Source: Gammaproteobacteria bacterium
Lineage (GTDB): Bacteria > Pseudomonadota > Gammaproteobacteria > UBA4575
Length of the DNA: 64,000 nt
Reading direction: 5' to 3'
Assembly: GCA_965243395.1 (NCBI GenBank)
Contig: CBDEUS010000001.1
Location: forward strand, 928,001 to 992,000
The position numbers and the translations under genes are program-made. Positions 1-10,690 of the stretch are shown here, in pieces; positions within the stretch are counted from its first letter, which is position 1; each line of letters opens with the position of its first letter. The notes below the pieces were generated by a model. It worked only from the letters and a program-made list of their open reading frames with translations. It was not told where the DNA came from and ran no database searches.

Positions 1-148
1 AAGAAACTTGGGACAAGCGTGCTTCTGCACCTCTTGTAATTGGCACTCCTTCTTCATCTAATTTGATCCACTTAACAAATTGTGATTCTTCGCTATCCAA
101 ATTTTCAAGTAATGCACTTTGGATATATATGATTACTGTTTCTTCCAT
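1..148 (-). CDS. gspL: type II secretion protein GspL, N-terminal part (runs off window)
   Basis: ATG at 148 on minus strand, open frame MEETVIIYIQSALLENLDSEESQFVKWIKLD... to window edge; position directly after gspK. Confidence 0.7.
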   Translation of the reverse strand, partial: MEETVIIYIQSALLENLDSEESQFVKWIKLDEEGVPITRGAEARLSQVS

Positions 149-158
149 AATGATTTCT

Positions 159-1097
159 CTATATTTTCTGACTACGTTTCACTACAGTTAAGTTATTCCC
201 ATTACCACGGTGAATTAAACTCACCATTTTAACTTGACTCTTCCCAATTACACATTTTGTATTTAATAAAAAATGACTGGTAGCGAAACTATGTTTTTCA
301 AAATCTATTGTAATATTTTGCATAGAAGGAACCTTGTTAAGATCTTCAATAATTCTGAAAGGCTTATCTTCTCTATATTCAACTAATTCTTCACCCGTAC
401 CTTGGGTTATATTCTCTCCTAAGGTTTCTAACACCTGAGCAGAAGCAGTATTAAGATTTAATACCGCATTTGAGGGAAGTGCAGTGACATGTGGTAATAA
501 TTCATCATATATTTCTTGAGTAATGCCATGTACTAATCGGAGCTCAGAAATATCTTGCATGGGTTGATCAGAGGGCAAATAAGCTACTTCCAAACTTCTA
601 TATATATCTTGTTCAGCACCATCAGGACAGGCCGGTTCTACATTAGCATCGATCCAATCAATAATTGCACAAACCAGCCCGGGGTTTATATTTAGGTTGG
701 TAAATAATCTTTCAAATGCTTTACGCACATTGGGGTCAGGCTTCTCTCCATCCATTAATAGATTTACATTTAATTTGCCCTGTGGATCTTCTAATTGACC
801 TTCGATAAATCCATTGGGCAAAGGAAAGAGTAGGGGTTGTCCGTTATTCCACCAGGCGTTATCTGCATCATAGGCATCATATGTATTGTCCTTTTGATCT
901 CGGGCTAAAATAGCCATAGCCCATTCTTCAGCACCTTTTGCATACGCCCAAGCTTGTCCACTATTAAATGCATTTTCAGTTCGGTGAAAATTTAATTGAT
1001 AGTTAGCGGCAATAGTCACAGCAGCGGTAACTGCTAATGCAATGATAAGTACTGCAGTAATTAAGGCAACACCAGATTGTTTATTCAATGTATTCAT
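159..1097 (-). CDS. gspK: T2SS minor pseudopilin GspK
   Basis: QSG|VALITAVLI prepilin-like N-terminus lacking Glu5, GKLNVN, AIIDWID and LNLNTA motifs; operon position. Confidence 0.93.
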   Translation of the reverse strand: MNTLNKQSGVALITAVLIIALAVTAAVTIAANYQLNFHRTENAFNSGQAWAYAKGAEEWAMAILARDQKDNTYDAYDADNAWWNNGQPLLFPLPNGFIEGQLEDPQGKLNVNLLMDGEKPDPNVRKAFERLFTNLNINPGLVCAIIDWIDANVEPACPDGAEQDIYRSLEVAYLPSDQPMQDISELRLVHGITQEIYDELLPHVTALPSNAVLNLNTASAQVLETLGENITQGTGEELVEYREDKPFRIIEDLNKVPSMQNITIDFEKHSFATSHFLLNTKCVIGKSQVKMVSLIHRGNGNNLTVVKRSQKI

Positions 1098-1103
1098 GGC
1101 TTT

Positions 1104-1721
1104 TTATGTAGTACTCGGAGCAGCAAATAAACGCCGGATTTCGTCCATATTTTCAACTTTAATAATAATTTCTACAGCGTTTGGAACACCCACTTGCTGA
1201 AATGAATTACTATTTAAAGGTGGCCATGTAACATGCCATTGACTACCTTGCAAATATCTTAATTTAATTGACTCTACGCCTTCTAATAAATCAGTAGTGA
1301 AATATTCTTCTGCAATGGCGCCATCAAGCTGACCCCAGGTGTATCGCTTCAAGGTATTTTCAGATAACTCGTACGAAACTCGTTGGAGTTTACTACGCAC
1401 AAGATTAGCAGGATTTCGCCATCCTGCATGAGTGAAGCTCATTGCTTTCTCTTCATCACCGACGAATGCTGGTTGAAGATCTGAATATTGGTTGCGAATC
1501 GCACGATTTACTAACTGATTTATATCTTTTTCAAGATACCTAAATGTCAATTGCAGATCTTTCAATTGATCAGATGAACTTTGTAAATATTTTTGCCCTT
1601 TTAAAACTTGATTTAATCCACCGTAAGCAAACACAGACATCACGGCAAAAACAAATATAGCCACCATAATTTCAATTAGAGTGAATCCATGTATTTTCTG
1701 CTTGCAGGATTTCTTTAACAT
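1104..1721 (-). CDS. gspJ: T2SS minor pseudopilin GspJ
   Basis: G|FTLIEIMVAI N-methylation motif, GWRNP and LQRVSY motifs; start taken at ATG 1721 (ORF track extends to 1775, overlapping gspI). Confidence 0.92.
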   Translation of the reverse strand: MLKKSCKQKIHGFTLIEIMVAIFVFAVMSVFAYGGLNQVLKGQKYLQSSSDQLKDLQLTFRYLEKDINQLVNRAIRNQYSDLQPAFVGDEEKAMSFTHAGWRNPANLVRSKLQRVSYELSENTLKRYTWGQLDGAIAEEYFTTDLLEGVESIKLRYLQGSQWHVTWPPLNSNSFQQVGVPNAVEIIIKVENMDEIRRLFAAPSTT

Positions 1722-1725
1722 AATT

Positions 1726-2106
1726 TTATCCAGGGTTAAAAAACAATGTGATAAGAGTTGCGTAATTTTGTGCACTTTTATCCTTATCTTTTCTAACAGT
1801 AATTTCTACACGGCTAGTATCTGGATCTTCAGTCCCTTCAACTTTTCTTGTCCAATACCAAGTCAAGCCTGCTAACGTTTCATCTCCGTCAGTAAAACCA
1901 TTTTTTGGTTTAGCTGAAGTTAATTCCATTTCTGCCATTTGGTTTTGTGCCACCCAATAAGCCAATGTTTTATCTCTTAAGTAAATCGTGTTATTTGTAG
2001 TGGAGGTTACGGTTTTAATTACTGCTGCTAAACCTAATGCTATTACCGCGACCGCGACCATAACTTCTACTAAAGTAAAACCTTTATGTCTTTTAAAAAT
2101 TAACAT
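1726..2106 (-). CDS. gspI: T2SS minor pseudopilin GspI
   Basis: G|FTLVEVMVAV motif, LRDKTLAYWVAQN; start taken at ATG 2106 (track 2154). Confidence 0.92.
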   Translation of the reverse strand: MLIFKRHKGFTLVEVMVAVAVIALGLAAVIKTVTSTTNNTIYLRDKTLAYWVAQNQMAEMELTSAKPKNGFTDGDETLAGLTWYWTRKVEGTEDPDTSRVEITVRKDKDKSAQNYATLITLFFNPG

Positions 2107-2116
2107 GTAATAATTG

Positions 2117-2701
2117 CTATCGTTCGACAATTTCATATTCGCCGTTTTCGGCAAACTTCATGTTAAAAGAATGATCAATCCGATCTGTTAAGTTAAGTTC
2201 AAATGGGCTTACTGTGCCATCTGATAAAATAAATATGTGTGGAGTAACATCTTTCAACTTTGAGGCTGTAAAATTCACTCTCACACCTTCAAGAAAGAGT
2301 TCATACTCCAATCCATCAGGTAATATTCGCTCATTTAATAACTTATCTTTTTCTAAGGGTACCCAAGTAAATTTTTCTTTTTTTTCTTTATCTAGACTTG
2401 TAGTTAAGGTGTAAAAAGAGTAACTATCTTTAGTAAACAGGATGCCTAATTCTTGCGAATTAAAAATAGCTTGTTCTTTTGCTAATTCAATCAAAGCAGC
2501 AAGTTGTTGAGATTTACGGTTCATTCGTTCGGCTTGGTTATCTCCAAAAGCGAGGGTAGCAGCAGACACTACTATGCCAACAATTAATAAAACCGCTAAT
2601 AACTCAATTAATGTAAAACCAGAATCATTCCGGTTTTTTAATGTTACTCCTATTGAATATGGAGAAGTATTGTTTCGCTTGAGTAACATTTTTGGTTTCA
2701 C
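2117..2701 (-). CDS. gspH: T2SS minor pseudopilin GspH
   Basis: G|FTLIELLAVL motif, IFILSDGTVSPFEL; true start may be ATG 2689. Confidence 0.9.
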   Translation of the reverse strand: MKPKMLLKRNNTSPYSIGVTLKNRNDSGFTLIELLAVLLIVGIVVSAATLAFGDNQAERMNRKSQQLAALIELAKEQAIFNSQELGILFTKDSYSFYTLTTSLDKEKKEKFTWVPLEKDKLLNERILPDGLEYELFLEGVRVNFTASKLKDVTPHIFILSDGTVSPFELNLTDRIDHSFNMKFAENGEYEIVER

Positions 2702-2720
2702 AAGGGTAAAATTTAAAGCA

Positions 2721-3179
2721 TTACCTTAAATCAGCTAAAGATAAATCCTTATTATTTTCTTCACCACCCAATTTTCCATCTGCACCAAAGGTAAATAAAT
2801 CTATTTCAGCATTAGTACCCGGACTCGCGTATTGATATTCGCTGCCCCAAGGGTCTAATGGTAATCTTGGTAGGTAACCGCCTTTACGCCAATTTTTAGC
2901 TTCTGGGCCACCGGTAGGTTTGCTTACCAAAGCCTGTATCCCTTGTTCTGTAGTCGGATAGTTAAAATTATCTAAGCGATATAAATTCAATGCAGATTCA
3001 ATGGCACGTATATCACTTAGTGCTTTTTTCACGCGTGCTTCTTCAACCTGACCAAAAATATTAGGTGCAATGACTGCGGCTAATAAACCGATGATGACTA
3101 CGACTACAATAATCTCGATTAAAGTAAATCCGCGCATATGTCGACTTTTATTACTTTGGTAGTTTCTATACTTATTCAT
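2721..3179 (-). CDS. gspG: T2SS major pseudopilin GspG
   Basis: G|FTLIEIIVVVVIIGLLA, LYRLDNFNYPTTEQG, LPLDPWG motifs. Confidence 0.96.
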   Translation of the reverse strand: MNKYRNYQSNKSRHMRGFTLIEIIVVVVIIGLLAAVIAPNIFGQVEEARVKKALSDIRAIESALNLYRLDNFNYPTTEQGIQALVSKPTGGPEAKNWRKGGYLPRLPLDPWGSEYQYASPGTNAEIDLFTFGADGKLGGEENNKDLSLADLR

Positions 3180-3406
3180 GCAATTACTCTCGTGTTGTTA
3201 ACTCGCTGATTATTAAGGGCAAATATTATAAAATTGTAACAAGAACCCGTATGCACTAGCGCTCTTAGATAGTTTTGTCGGTCAATCTAGACAGATAATC
3301 GGCGATGATGATTGCTATACTGATAAAAATAAATCTAAATAAAATATATATTTATCAATAAGTTAATTCTATTTTTAATGTAATTTAACCTAAATAGAAT
3401 AATGAC

Positions 3407-4624
3407 TTATTGTCCCACTAGTTGGTTCAAATTAAATATAGGCATCAAAATAGCCATAACTATGCCAAGCACTAAAATACCCATCCCAATAATAATTAAT
3501 GGTTCAAGCAGCTTTAATGATGTATTAACAACTGTATTCAGCTCGCGTTCTTGTTGAGACGCTGCTCGGTCTAGCATTTGTTCTAAATTACCACTTTGTT
3601 CGCCACTGGCGATTAGATGTAGAGTCATTGGAGGAAAGTGCCCTGAACGTTCCAAGGATGAATGTATAGTCGCACCTTCACTAATACTAACCGCAGCTTC
3701 TTGTACTGCTTGACGCATTGGTCGATTCATTATTACTTCAGCAGCGATTCTCAATGAATCTAGTACGGGTACACCTGATGCCGTCATAATACTGAGTGTT
3801 CTTGAAAATCTTGCAGTATTTACTCCTCTTGTAAGCCTTCCAACAATTGGCATTCTAAGAAATATCTTATGCATTTTCGCTTTAAACAATTCGCTACGCA
3901 TGGCACGGCTAAATGCAATCACTCCGGCAATAATCACTATTAAAATATAAATTCCATATGACGCGAGAAAATTGCTAAAAGAAATTAACATACGCGTAAG
4001 TAATGGCAGCTCTTGACCTAAATCTGCAAAAATACCTACAACTTTTGGTACTACAACAACAACTAAAAGAATTACAACACTTATAGCAATAAATAAAAGA
4101 GCTATAGGATATACAAGCGCACCTACAACGCTTTGTGTAGTTTCCTGTTTTGTTTCTGTGTAATCTGCAAGTCGATCTAGCACCGCATCTAAGTGGCCTG
4201 ACTTTTCTCCTGCAGCAATGGTTGCTCGAAACATTTCAGGAAATGCAGAAGGAAACTCGCTCATGGCTTTTTCTAATGAGAAACCTTCTGTTACACGTGA
4301 TCTCACACCCATAATAATTCGTTTTACGCGAGGTTTTTCTGTGTGGTTTCCAACGGTACGCAATGATTCTTCTAAAGGGGTGCCAGAACGTACTAATGTA
4401 GCTAACTGACGTGTAAATAAAGCTAGATCTGTAGAACTGAATCCGCGAGAAAATAAACCTTTAACAGAAGATTTTTCTGCACGCTCTTTTACTTGATTAA
4501 TGGCTAATGGATCAAAGCCTTTGGAACGTAATTGTTGTCGAGCAGAACGTGGGCTATCGCCTTCGATTACTCCACGTTTTTCACGGCCAGCAGTATCAAG
4601 TGCGGTATATTCAAATGCTGGCAT
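3407..4624 (-). CDS. gspF: T2SS inner membrane platform protein GspF
   Basis: MPAFEYTALD start, FTRQLATLV, AGEKSGHLD, ASGEQSGNL motifs. Confidence 0.96.
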   Translation of the reverse strand: MPAFEYTALDTAGREKRGVIEGDSPRSARQQLRSKGFDPLAINQVKERAEKSSVKGLFSRGFSSTDLALFTRQLATLVRSGTPLEESLRTVGNHTEKPRVKRIIMGVRSRVTEGFSLEKAMSEFPSAFPEMFRATIAAGEKSGHLDAVLDRLADYTETKQETTQSVVGALVYPIALLFIAISVVILLVVVVVPKVVGIFADLGQELPLLTRMLISFSNFLASYGIYILIVIIAGVIAFSRAMRSELFKAKMHKIFLRMPIVGRLTRGVNTARFSRTLSIMTASGVPVLDSLRIAAEVIMNRPMRQAVQEAAVSISEGATIHSSLERSGHFPPMTLHLIASGEQSGNLEQMLDRAASQQERELNTVVNTSLKLLEPLIIIGMGILVLGIVMAILMPIFNLNQLVGQ

Positions 4625-4638
4625 TGTATACTCGAGGT

Positions 4639-6165
4639 TTAGTATTCAACATCTTCTTTAGTCACGCGCATGACTTCTTCAAGTGTAGTAACTCCCTCAA
4701 GTACTAGGCGAACTCCATCTTGTCGAATGCTCGCCGTATGCTGATGTGCATATTTTTCTAATTCTTGTTCAGCACCAATGTCATGAATCATGCCACGCAT
4801 ATTTTCATCAATCGCTACAAGTTCATAAATACCTGTTCTCCCTGAATAGCCTGTGCCATTGCATGCGCTACATGATCCGGGAGAATAAATTGTAGGTGGT
4901 TGACTAAACTCTTTTCCTGCTTGTTTTATTTGTTGAAGTTCAACATCATTTGCAGTGTGAGAAACTTTGCATTCTTCACACAATACTCGGACGAGGCGTT
5001 GAGCTAATACCGCAACTAAACTTGATGCAAGCAAAAATGGTTCAACTCCCATATCTCGCATACGTGTAATAGCACCTACTGCAGTGTTTGTATGCAAAGT
5101 TGAAAATACCATATGGCCCGTCAAACTGGCTTGTACAGCAATAGATGCCGTTTCCAAATCACGAATCTCACCCACCATCACAACATCAGGGTCTTGACGC
5201 AAAATTGCACGTAAGCCTCGTGCAAATGTCATGTCTACTTTTTGGTTAACTTGAGTCTGGCCAATTCCATCAATGAAATATTCAATCGGATCTTCAACCG
5301 TAAGAATGTTGCGTTTCTTGTTATTAATCTCACTTAATGCCGCATACAATGTTGTTGTTTTACCAGAACCCGTTGGACCGGTAACTAAAACAATACCATG
5401 TGGTTTTTCAATTGCTTGTTTGATCCTATCGTGAATTCCAGGTTGTAAGCCCAAGTGTTCTAAATCTAGTCGACCTGCCTGCTTATCTAGTAAACGTAAT
5501 ACCACACGCTCACCATGTCCCGAGGGCAGGGTAGAAACACGAACATCAACAGGGCGCCCTGCAATACGTAATGAAATACGACCGTCTTGAGGCAGACGTT
5601 TTTCAGCAATATCCAAAGCGGCCATTACTTTGATACGAGAAACAACCAACGCACCCAGGTTACGTGGCGGCTGTAACACTTCACGCAACACACCATCCAC
5701 CCGCATGCGTACCGAGAGTCTCGATTCAAAGGTTTCAATATGAATATCAGATGCGTTTTCTTTAACTGCTTGAGTTAATAATGCGTTGATTAAACGAATG
5801 ATAGGTGCGTCATCATCCGCATCCATTAAATCTTGTGGTTCTGGCAGGGCTTCTGCCAAGCTGGCAAGGTCAAGATCATCCTCAAAACCTTCCATTAATG
5901 CTAATGCACCCGTGGCGCTTTCGTCATACAGTTGTGTAAGCAATTCATCAAACTCATCTTCAGACAAGGTGCGAATATTAAGCGGCTTGCCTACAAATCG
6001 GCGCGCTTCCGCAAGAGAGGGGGGTTTTACATCTGGACGTTGAAAAATCATGACACGCCCGTTAATTTCGTTTCCGATTAAAATGCCATGGCGTTTAGCA
6101 AAGCTAAACGGCGGTCTACGAATTTCTCGTGGAGCAAGTGAAGGTTGTGCTTTTTCGGCTTCCAT
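4639..6165 (-). CDS. gspE: T2SS ATPase GspE
   Basis: Walker A GPTGSGKTT, ASDIHIE, LRQDPDVVMVGEIRD, tetracysteine motif. Confidence 0.97.
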   Translation of the reverse strand: MEAEKAQPSLAPREIRRPPFSFAKRHGILIGNEINGRVMIFQRPDVKPPSLAEARRFVGKPLNIRTLSEDEFDELLTQLYDESATGALALMEGFEDDLDLASLAEALPEPQDLMDADDDAPIIRLINALLTQAVKENASDIHIETFESRLSVRMRVDGVLREVLQPPRNLGALVVSRIKVMAALDIAEKRLPQDGRISLRIAGRPVDVRVSTLPSGHGERVVLRLLDKQAGRLDLEHLGLQPGIHDRIKQAIEKPHGIVLVTGPTGSGKTTTLYAALSEINNKKRNILTVEDPIEYFIDGIGQTQVNQKVDMTFARGLRAILRQDPDVVMVGEIRDLETASIAVQASLTGHMVFSTLHTNTAVGAITRMRDMGVEPFLLASSLVAVLAQRLVRVLCEECKVSHTANDVELQQIKQAGKEFSQPPTIYSPGSCSACNGTGYSGRTGIYELVAIDENMRGMIHDIGAEQELEKYAHQHTASIRQDGVRLVLEGVTTLEEVMRVTKEDVEY

Positions 6166-6181
6166 TATGAAGTACTCGTGA

Positions 6182-8311
6182 CTATTCCAGAATAATCACA
6201 TCAGAGTCAGTTTCAATTGTGATATTTTCATCGGGAAGGTCTTCAGTTTGAATTTCTTCTACTCCAACACCTTCGATATCCTCAATTGCAGTAGTTTCAA
6301 CACCAGGTGATTGTTCCAGTAATTGATCAACTGATACTGATGACGCTGGTGAAACCAGGCTGCCTGGGATTTGGGTAACGAGATCATCCAGATCAGGTAA
6401 AAGCTTAGCTTTTTCTTTTAGAAGACCGCGCTCATCAATCTTTGCATCAAGTTGCCGTGCTTTCATGAAACTATATTTTGCATTTGTAGCATATGTGCTA
6501 GTGGCAGCATCACGCACTATGACCGGGTGTATAAACACCATCAGATTTTGTTTGTTATTTTGAGTGTCAGTCGCTTTGAACAAATGGCCGAGTAAAGGAA
6601 TATCGCCAAGCAATGGAACTTTATTCTCTGAATCTTGAAATTCGTCCTGTATTAAACCCCCGAGAACAATTGTTTGCTGGTCTTTTGCTAAAACGCTGGT
6701 GTTGATTGTTCGCGTATTTGTAATTAAATCGCTTGCCTGAGTTGATTCAGATAATGTGGAAGATTCAGTTTCAATATCTAACTTAACACTGTCACCTTCA
6801 TTTATTTGCGGGGTAATACGCAAGGTAATACCAACATCTTGTCGCTCAATAGTTTGGAATGGATTTACGGCAGAATCGGTTCCTGAACCTGTGTTGGTAA
6901 ACTGTCCCGTGATAAATGGAACATTTTGTGCGACTACAATCTCAGCTTCTTCATTATCAAGCGTCATCAATTGAGGTGTAGATAAAATATTAGTAGCTGT
7001 ATCTCCCTCTAATGCACGAAGGATCGCTGCAAATCGATCTTTACCGCTAAGCTTTGCTGCACCAAGAAATGCTCCAGATGTAACTGCTGATAACGCGCTA
7101 GTTGAATCACCACTCAGGGCACCCGTTAAATCAATTCCACTGTTTGGCAATAGTGTGCCAAATGCGGGTGTTGTTCCTGAAGATCTATCTGTAGGCACAT
7201 ACGCAAATTCAACACCAAGTTCACGTGATAGCCCCGTAGACACATCGGCAATAATGGCTTCAACCAAAACTTGTGCACGACGAATATCTAATTGGCTAAT
7301 GATTCTTCGTAAGCTATCGAACTTAGCGGGCGAGGCAGTAATAATCAGTGCATTATTTGTTTCGTCCGCCTGTATATCGACTTCCTGAGAATTTGTTCCT
7401 GCAGCTGCATTCCCATTGCCTTGTTGTCCTTCCGCTTCAAATTGTGAAACGCCGAGTAGAATTGGTGCTAATTCTGCAGCTTTTGCATATTTTAAAAATA
7501 CAACTTGAGAATTTCCGCCACCCTGCAGTGGTGTATCTAAATGCGCAATGATTCCACGAATTCTTAATCGTGCTGCATTGTCTCCAGATAGCAAAACACT
7601 GTTAGATCGTTCATCTGCGGCAAGAGTAGTACCACCAGGAACTTGGCCTTGAGCATCTTGGCGATTCATAGAAGTAATAATTCGAACTACTTCTGTAGCC
7701 GAAGCATATTGTAGTGGCACAATCTCAATTTCTTGGTTATCAGGTCGATCAATGCGATTAATAATTGAGATGAGTCTTTCGATGTTAGCAGCACGATCAG
7801 ATACAACTAATACGTTACTGTTCGGATATGCAGCTAAATGACCTTGTTGAGGAACAAGAGGGCGTAAGATTGGTACCATTTGTGCTGCGGGTACATTTTT
7901 AATGGCTACAACGCGCGTTACAAGTTCGTCTCCCGTAGCATCTGCACTTGATTCACCCGTGGTTACCGGGCCTTGTTTTGCATTCACGTCCGGGAGAATC
8001 TTAATGATTTCTCCTACTTGTACAGCAGCATAACCGTGTACCTGTAATACAGAGAGAAATACCTGGTAAACCTCTTCGCGATTCATGGGTCTCGCAGAAA
8101 CTACCGTAACCTTTGCTTTTACGCGTGGATCTACAACGAAGTTTCGCCCAGTTGCTTCCGCTACCGTTTCAATGAAAGAACGGATATCTGCATCTTTCAA
8201 ATTGAGTGTGACACCAGTTTGCGCGTGCACTAAAGAACAAGTGAGCAAAAAGAGCAGGGAATATGCACTAAGAGCTTTCAATAATCGACTAAGGTTAGGC
8301 TTATTTTTCAT
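6182..8311 (-). CDS. gspD: T2SS secretin GspD
   Basis: Signal peptide, N0 domain LNLKDADIRSFI, secretin motifs QVLVEAII and KVPLLGDIPLLGHLF; acidic C-terminal tail. Confidence 0.97.
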   Translation of the reverse strand: MKNKPNLSRLLKALSAYSLLFLLTCSLVHAQTGVTLNLKDADIRSFIETVAEATGRNFVVDPRVKAKVTVVSARPMNREEVYQVFLSVLQVHGYAAVQVGEIIKILPDVNAKQGPVTTGESSADATGDELVTRVVAIKNVPAAQMVPILRPLVPQQGHLAAYPNSNVLVVSDRAANIERLISIINRIDRPDNQEIEIVPLQYASATEVVRIITSMNRQDAQGQVPGGTTLAADERSNSVLLSGDNAARLRIRGIIAHLDTPLQGGGNSQVVFLKYAKAAELAPILLGVSQFEAEGQQGNGNAAAGTNSQEVDIQADETNNALIITASPAKFDSLRRIISQLDIRRAQVLVEAIIADVSTGLSRELGVEFAYVPTDRSSGTTPAFGTLLPNSGIDLTGALSGDSTSALSAVTSGAFLGAAKLSGKDRFAAILRALEGDTATNILSTPQLMTLDNEEAEIVVAQNVPFITGQFTNTGSGTDSAVNPFQTIERQDVGITLRITPQINEGDSVKLDIETESSTLSESTQASDLITNTRTINTSVLAKDQQTIVLGGLIQDEFQDSENKVPLLGDIPLLGHLFKATDTQNNKQNLMVFIHPVIVRDAATSTYATNAKYSFMKARQLDAKIDERGLLKEKAKLLPDLDDLVTQIPGSLVSPASSVSVDQLLEQSPGVETTAIEDIEGVGVEEIQTEDLPDENITIETDSDVIILE

Positions 8312-8486
8312 TTAGTTACGTAATTTTTACAAGGTAAATCTCAGTATCTTCAGCTTATCAGGATATACCTATAGCGAATACAAGTTGCCTGACTTTTATA
8401 CACTAAATCCCTATATATACGGTTAATATTCATCTCTGTGATCGCTATTCCTGGATTAATGGAGAATCTCGGTGCCTAGCTCCTGC

Positions 8487-9380
8487 TTATTGACTTAAAT
8501 CCTGGAACAACGTGATTTCGGTGCCTCCTCGATTCACAGTCAGCGTGACCTCCGTGGCGGTTGCGAGAGATTGCATTGCTTCAGGACCCTTATTTGGTGC
8601 ATCCAGTGTAACGCCATTAATATTGGTTACTACATCACCAGGCTCCAAACCCAATTTGTTGAACATTTCGGCATTTTTGCTCGGTGTGAGCTTATAGCCC
8701 ATAAACTTACCATCAGGGGAATTCTCTGGGGAAGCGTTTATGAATTCTGTCAAACGAACAGGGTTTTTCATGATTTCTTGTCGAAACTGACCAAGTGTCT
8801 CAAAGTTATTTTGAGCACTGGCCGGACTCGTTTGTGGCTGATTTGCTCTTTGACTGGTGGAGGTTGTTTTCTTTTGGCTAAATCCTTTAGCGTTTGCTCT
8901 TGGCAGACGCAATGTTTCCATCCTAATGTCACGCTCCAGTATCACTCGATCTGCATACACTGCATGAAGGACAGCACCACCAGGAATATCATCGCCTAAT
9001 GCATAGTGTTTGATTTTATTCGCACCACTGGAAATGATGGCGTAACCATATTCCTTTCCACCTGCAAGTACGCCTAGAAGTTTTAAATTCAAAGTAGTTT
9101 CGGGAGCATTTTCAACTTTTTTCACAGAAGCAGCTGGGGCAGGTTTACCCATCAAATGTAGCTGCGCGATCTTTCGGTCGTGATTCGCACGGGGTTGTGG
9201 TTTTACATTTGTTGGAGCCGTGGCGGGGGGTGCAATTACAACATCTGAGCCGCTATCAAAAAATCCCCAAATCAATTTAGCCAAAGTAATTAAGATTAAG
9301 ACAACCAAAGCTATACTGACCCAGCGGGGCAGTTTCATTTCAATCTTGGGCCAAAGGTTATTTAAAGCTGCAGCGTCCAT
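8487..9380 (-). CDS. gspC: T2SS protein GspC with PDZ domain
   Basis: N-terminal TM helix, APETTLNLKLLG HR domain, GLEPGDVVTNING PDZ. Confidence 0.93.
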   Translation of the reverse strand: MDAAALNNLWPKIEMKLPRWVSIALVVLILITLAKLIWGFFDSGSDVVIAPPATAPTNVKPQPRANHDRKIAQLHLMGKPAPAASVKKVENAPETTLNLKLLGVLAGGKEYGYAIISSGANKIKHYALGDDIPGGAVLHAVYADRVILERDIRMETLRLPRANAKGFSQKKTTSTSQRANQPQTSPASAQNNFETLGQFRQEIMKNPVRLTEFINASPENSPDGKFMGYKLTPSKNAEMFNKLGLEPGDVVTNINGVTLDAPNKGPEAMQSLATATEVTLTVNRGGTEITLFQDLSQ

Positions 9381-9471
9381 TCTTCATTAACTAATCATGA
9401 TGCGTTTTAAGATTGAAAATAGTAATTTAGGTTCATCAATATGTTTTGGTAAACAATCTGCTCAAATATGC

Positions 9472-9509
9472 TTGACATCAAAACCATGGTTAGCGTAACT
9501 TGCGCCGGC
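9472..9509 (+). promoter_or_regulatory. putative sigma70 stable-RNA promoter for tRNA-Glu
   Basis: TTGACA at 9472, TAACTT 18 bp downstream, then a GC-rich discriminator GCGCCGGC. Confidence 0.45.
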
Positions 9510-9554
9510 TCTAACGGCGAAGTTTCCATTTATAGAGTTATATCGTCTTATCAT

Positions 9555-9630
9555 GTCCCCATCGTCTAGAGGCCTAGGACATCGCCCTTTCACGGCGGCA
9601 ACGGGGGTTCGAATCCCCCTGGGGACGCCA
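9555..9630 (+). tRNA. tRNA-Glu (TTC)
   Basis: GTCCCCATCGTCTAGAGGCCTAGGAC...CTTTCACGG...GGTTCGAATCC...GGGGACGCCA, 76 nt cloverleaf with encoded CCA. Confidence 0.97.
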
Positions 9631-10074
9631 TAACTCTGATTCCTTGGCGGAAAAATAAGAATTTCGTTCCTTATTAATATACCGACCCTAACTCACTCAT
9701 TAAACATAGAGTTTTCTGTATGGTTGAGATACTAATGCCCTGATAAGGGGTAGTAAATAGCTTATGGTTGGTTATGAAATTCTAAGTAGTTCACTTAGCT
9801 AAGTTGCATAGAAAACATCAAACTTTTCAAAAAAGTTCTAATTTGGTGTATGCCATACGATAAATTATGCTCATATATTAGAAATTAATTTAATAAATTT
9901 TGGTAACTACATAAATTCAAAGTAAATTTACTGCAAAGAATTAAATAAAAATTATAATCGTGCGCTACCCACATTGGGTGTACATTCAAAGTATGAAGAT
10001 TTGCTAGAGTATCAGTAAATAAGCAAATATTAATATACAAAGTTAGTGAATTAATTTTCACTCAGGAGTGAGCC

Positions 10075-10680
10075 ATGCCGACTTCAATTGACCTGCAAAA
10101 CTTAAACCAAGAAACGCTGAATAAGTGGTTTGATGAAAGATTAGAACAAAAATTACAAGAAAGAGAAGAGTCCAAAATCCCGCAACTTTCACTTATTGCT
10201 ACAAAAGGCACCATGGATATGGCTTATCCGCCATTTATTCTTGCTTCCACAGCCGCAGCATTAGGTTGGGAAGTATCCTGTTTCTTTACTTTTTATGGTT
10301 TAAATTTATTAAAGAAAGACCTTGATTTAGAAATTTCACCTTTAGGCAATCCTGCAATGCCCATGAAAATGCCTTTTGGTCCGGAGTGGTTTAAAAGTGT
10401 TGAGTGGAACATACCCAATGCGTTGAGCAGTAACATCCCGGGTTTTGAAAAGTTTGCAACTTCAATGATGTCTCAAACTCTTAAGAGCAAAGGTGTTGCA
10501 AGCGTTGAAGAGTTACGCGAGCTTTCTATTGAAGCAGATGTGAAACTCGTCGCGTGTCAAATGACAGTAGACTTATTCGGCTATGAAAAAGATGAATTTA
10601 TTGACGACGTGAGTGATTGGGTAGGTGCTGCATCATTCTTGCCAGCGGCACAAAAATCAGATATCTGTTTATTCATTTAG
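10075..10680 (+). CDS. DsrE2-like sulfur-carrier protein (DsrE/DsrF/DrsH-like family)
   Basis: ATKGTMDMAYPPFILASTAAALG, FFTFYGL, ACQMTVDLFG motifs typical of DsrE2-type proteins; RBS CAGGAG. Confidence 0.85.
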   Translation: MPTSIDLQNLNQETLNKWFDERLEQKLQEREESKIPQLSLIATKGTMDMAYPPFILASTAAALGWEVSCFFTFYGLNLLKKDLDLEISPLGNPAMPMKMPFGPEWFKSVEWNIPNALSSNIPGFEKFATSMMSQTLKSKGVASVEELRELSIEADVKLVACQMTVDLFGYEKDEFIDDVSDWVGAASFLPAAQKSDICLFI

Positions 10681-10690
10681 CAAACTAAAA

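Noticed and set aside
1681-8999. Numerous short plus-strand ORFs antisense to gsp genes (and similar ones elsewhere in the track)
   Set aside because: Fully overlap well-supported genes on the opposite strand and lack motifs
9631-10074. Possible island integrated at tRNA-Glu
   Set aside because: No integrase and no duplicated tRNA 3' end found downstream
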